Shown: positions 51,136 through 53,138 of the stretch, piece after piece
Layout of the letters: every line of letters starts with the position of its first letter
How positions within the stretch are numbered: the first letter of the stretch is position 1
Notes under the pieces: model-generated
What the model saw: the letters and a program-made list of their open reading frames with translations, nothing else
Databases searched by the model: none
What the model was told of the DNA's origin: nothing
From: a virus
Lineage: Duplodnaviria > Caudoviricetes
Length of the DNA stretch: 53,138 nt
Virus record (IMG/VR): IMGVR_UViG_3300036792_000197
Coordinates: 1-53,138 of that record
Reading direction: 5' to 3' (one strand)
Translations under genes and position numbers: made by a program

Positions 51136-51858
51136 ATGAAGATCACCCGCAAGCCCGCCGCCCTCGCCGCCATGACCGCCGCGGCGTGCCTCGCGCTCGC
51201 CGCCGGCAGCCTGGGCGTCGCGAACGCCGTCACCGCCACCTCGCCCGTGCACCACGCCGCCTTGTTCGGCTGCGTGAGCCACAACGGCAGCGGCACGTTC
51301 GGCCCGGAGACCGGCTACCCGGTCACCTGCCCGGCCGGCAGCATCCTCGCCGAGGTCGGGCCCGGCACCACGGGCCCGGCAGGGCCAGCGGGCGCGCAGG
51401 GCCCCGCAGGGCCGTCCGGCGTCACCGCCGTCACCACCGAGACCGGCACCGCGGTACTGCCCGCCATCGGCGGCTCCTGGACCGCAGGGCACGCCGCGGT
51501 GAAGTCGTTCACCGTCCCGGCGGGCACCTACCTGGTGACGGTCACCGGCGACTTCTACAAGGCGGTCACCACCACCGCAACGCCCGTGCTGCAGGTGCAG
51601 CTCAACGGCGCCAGCAGCCAGCTCACCGGGTACACCGGGGCGTTCCCGTACAACGCGGCCGAGGCCGTGGGCGCGACCGCTGGCGTGCCGAACGGGCTCG
51701 AGCAGACCGCTGTCGCTGAGGGGATCGTGACGGTGACGGCGGGCGCCACGCTCGAGGTCGACTCGTTCGGTTACAACCCCGACCGCAGCGGCACTGGTGG
51801 TGGCGACTTCGGCGTCAACGCGACGGTGAGCCTGGTGCGGGTTACGGCGGCATCGTGA
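51136..51858 (+). CDS. Secreted protein with short collagen-like repeat and beta-sandwich C-terminus
   Basis: GAGGAG RBS; Sec signal ending ANA; GPAGPAGAQGPAGPSG; VPAGTYLV. Confidence 0.75.
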   Translation: MKITRKPAALAAMTAAACLALAAGSLGVANAVTATSPVHHAALFGCVSHNGSGTFGPETGYPVTCPAGSILAEVGPGTTGPAGPAGAQGPAGPSGVTAVTTETGTAVLPAIGGSWTAGHAAVKSFTVPAGTYLVTVTGDFYKAVTTTATPVLQVQLNGASSQLTGYTGAFPYNAAEAVGATAGVPNGLEQTAVAEGIVTVTAGATLEVDSFGYNPDRSGTGGGDFGVNATVSLVRVTAAS

Positions 51859-52148
51859 GCAGGGCCGAGCCGATGGGCCACATGCGCCGGCGGCAGCTGT
51901 ACCGCTACCCGTTCATGACCGTTGGCCAGGGGCGCCGCTACCGCCACAAGCTCCGCCGCGAGCTGGGCACGTTCCTCGCCGGAGACGGCCACTACGCGGG
52001 CGACGCGGTGTCCCGGACGGAGCGCAACAAGGGCCATGCCACGCCTCGCCGCGCGGACGCGCTCCGGTTCCGGCTGGCCGGGCGGCGGTTCCTCGAGGCG
52101 CAGGCAGATCGTCGCAAGTCCGAGGCTGAGCTGCTGGAGGCATCATGA
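51855..52148 (+). CDS. Arg-rich hypothetical protein
   Basis: GTGA/ATGA coupling. Confidence 0.55.
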   Translation: MSRAEPMGHMRRRQLYRYPFMTVGQGRRYRHKLRRELGTFLAGDGHYAGDAVSRTERNKGHATPRRADALRFRLAGRRFLEAQADRRKSEAELLEAS

Positions 52149-52579
52149 CCGGCACCGGCTTCCGCGAGAAGCTCGACGACGAGTGGCACGAGTTCTGGTC
52201 CAGCCTGCCCGGCCGCCATGACGAGCCCGAGCCGCGCCCGCGCCTGCGGCCGCCGCAGCCGTCGTTCACGCCGCACGACGTGTCGACGCCCGCACCATCC
52301 GAACCGCCCGTACCATCCCAGCAAGGCCAGCCGGAACCCCCGGCGCAGCCGGAACCCACCCAGGAGGAACCCATGTCACAGCTGTCCGACGAGCTCAACG
52401 CCCTCGCCACCCGCCTCGCCCCCATCGACGACGACTCCGTCACCAAGCTGGAGCAGGTCAAGGCGGACCCGGACAAGTCCCGCGCGTTCGACGCCGTCGC
52501 CGCGCTGCCGGCGCCGCTGTCGCCCGCCGCGTCAGCCATGGTGATGGCGCTCGAAGCGCTCGCCCAGCAGCCGCAGTGA
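52145..52579 (+). CDS. Pro-rich hypothetical protein (possible internal start at 52373)
   Basis: GGAGG RBS; a second AGGAGG precedes MSQLSDEL. Confidence 0.6.
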   Translation: MTGTGFREKLDDEWHEFWSSLPGRHDEPEPRPRLRPPQPSFTPHDVSTPAPSEPPVPSQQGQPEPPAQPEPTQEEPMSQLSDELNALATRLAPIDDDSVTKLEQVKADPDKSRAFDAVAALPAPLSPAASAMVMALEALAQQPQ

Positions 52580-52752
52580 GCGCCCCGGTGCGAGAGCAGG
52601 CGGCGTACGGGCTGGCCGACGACGAGGCGAAGCTCCGCGAGCTCGTCGCCGAGATCCTCGGTCACTTCGGGCCGTCCGGCAGCGGCTGCACCGCCCGCGT
52701 CGGCCAGGTCCAGATCGCCAAGTGGCGCACCCGCGCAGGGCTGACGCGATGA
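52576..52752 (+). CDS. Small hypothetical protein
   Basis: GTGA/ATGA coupling; 58 aa; absent from the ORF track. Confidence 0.55.
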   Translation: MSAPVREQAAYGLADDEAKLRELVAEILGHFGPSGSGCTARVGQVQIAKWRTRAGLTR

Positions 52753-53138
52753 CCGCCGCCTGCCTCGCACCGCGGCACGACCGGCCGGAACCCGCCGCAC
52801 CTCATGCGTTTCTCTGTCGCCCGTGCACGTCGGGCCTGCGCCGCGACCTGCGCCGCCTCCCGCTGCTGCACGCCGGCCTCGCCGAGCTGCTGGACCCGCG
52901 CCGCGCCAGCGGCCCGGGAACCGGCAGCGGCGGCGGCGGCCTGCCCTACCATGAGCCCGCCGCCGAGGCCATGAGCCAGATCGCCCACGACGTCGAGCAC
53001 TGGACGCTGCGGGTGCTCACCGAGCGCCAGCCGAACATCTGCCCGGTGCGGACCATGGCCGCGATGTGCGGGTGGCTCGCCGGGCAGGCCGAGTGGGTCA
53101 TGTACCGGGACTGGGCGGGTGACATGGCCGGCGCGGTC
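52749..53138 (+). CDS. 5' part of the junction-spanning Zn-finger protein (continues to 382)
   Basis: ATG 52749; LCRPC...LRRDL..LP; in frame with 2-382. Confidence 0.7.
   Translation, partial: MTAACLAPRHDRPEPAAPHAFLCRPCTSGLRRDLRRLPLLHAGLAELLDPRRASGPGTGSGGGGLPYHEPAAEAMSQIAHDVEHWTLRVLTERQPNICPVRTMAAMCGWLAGQAEWVMYRDWAGDMAGAV
53012..53138 (+). repeat. Terminal direct repeat, copy 2
   Basis: Identical to 1-127. Confidence 0.95.

Larger units (their letters stand above)
1..53138. mobile_element. Complete temperate siphovirus genome (actinobacteriophage), circularly permuted assembly
   Basis: Packaging, head, tail, lysis, integration/immunity and replication modules are all present; no host housekeeping genes; the ends overlap by 127 nt and one ORF reads through the junction. 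Confidence 0.95.

Overview
The window is an apparently complete, circular-mapping genome of a temperate siphovirus of a high-GC actinomycete host. It has 53,011 unique bp; the last 127 nt repeat the first 127 nt, which looks like an assembly overlap. Gene order: HNH, cos-like region and terminase (large subunit split into ATPase and nuclease genes); portal; prohead protease; HK97-fold capsid; a head-tail region interleaved with two glycosyltransferases and a methyltransferase; tail tube, chaperones and tape measure; beta-helix spike and tail hub; GH25 lysis cassette; a leftward accessory operon; tyrosine integrase, repressor, cro and xis; RecE/RecT-like recombination; replication initiator and primase-helicase; many small genes. 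Four things stand out. (1) A Streptomyces-plasmid/AICE-type transfer module (GntR regulators, DUF2637 membrane protein, FtsK-like TraB translocase, downstream GTTAG repeat array) is built into the phage, with no replicon or integrase of its own. (2) A candidate virion glycosylation/methylation system sits inside the structural operon. (3) Two free-standing homing-type endonucleases each lie next to a sharply AT3-recoded patch of a conserved structural gene, and each has an RBS-sequestering hairpin. (4) The separately encoded terminase nuclease domain appears to lack two catalytic Asp residues. All family assignments come from motif recognition by eye; no database search was run.
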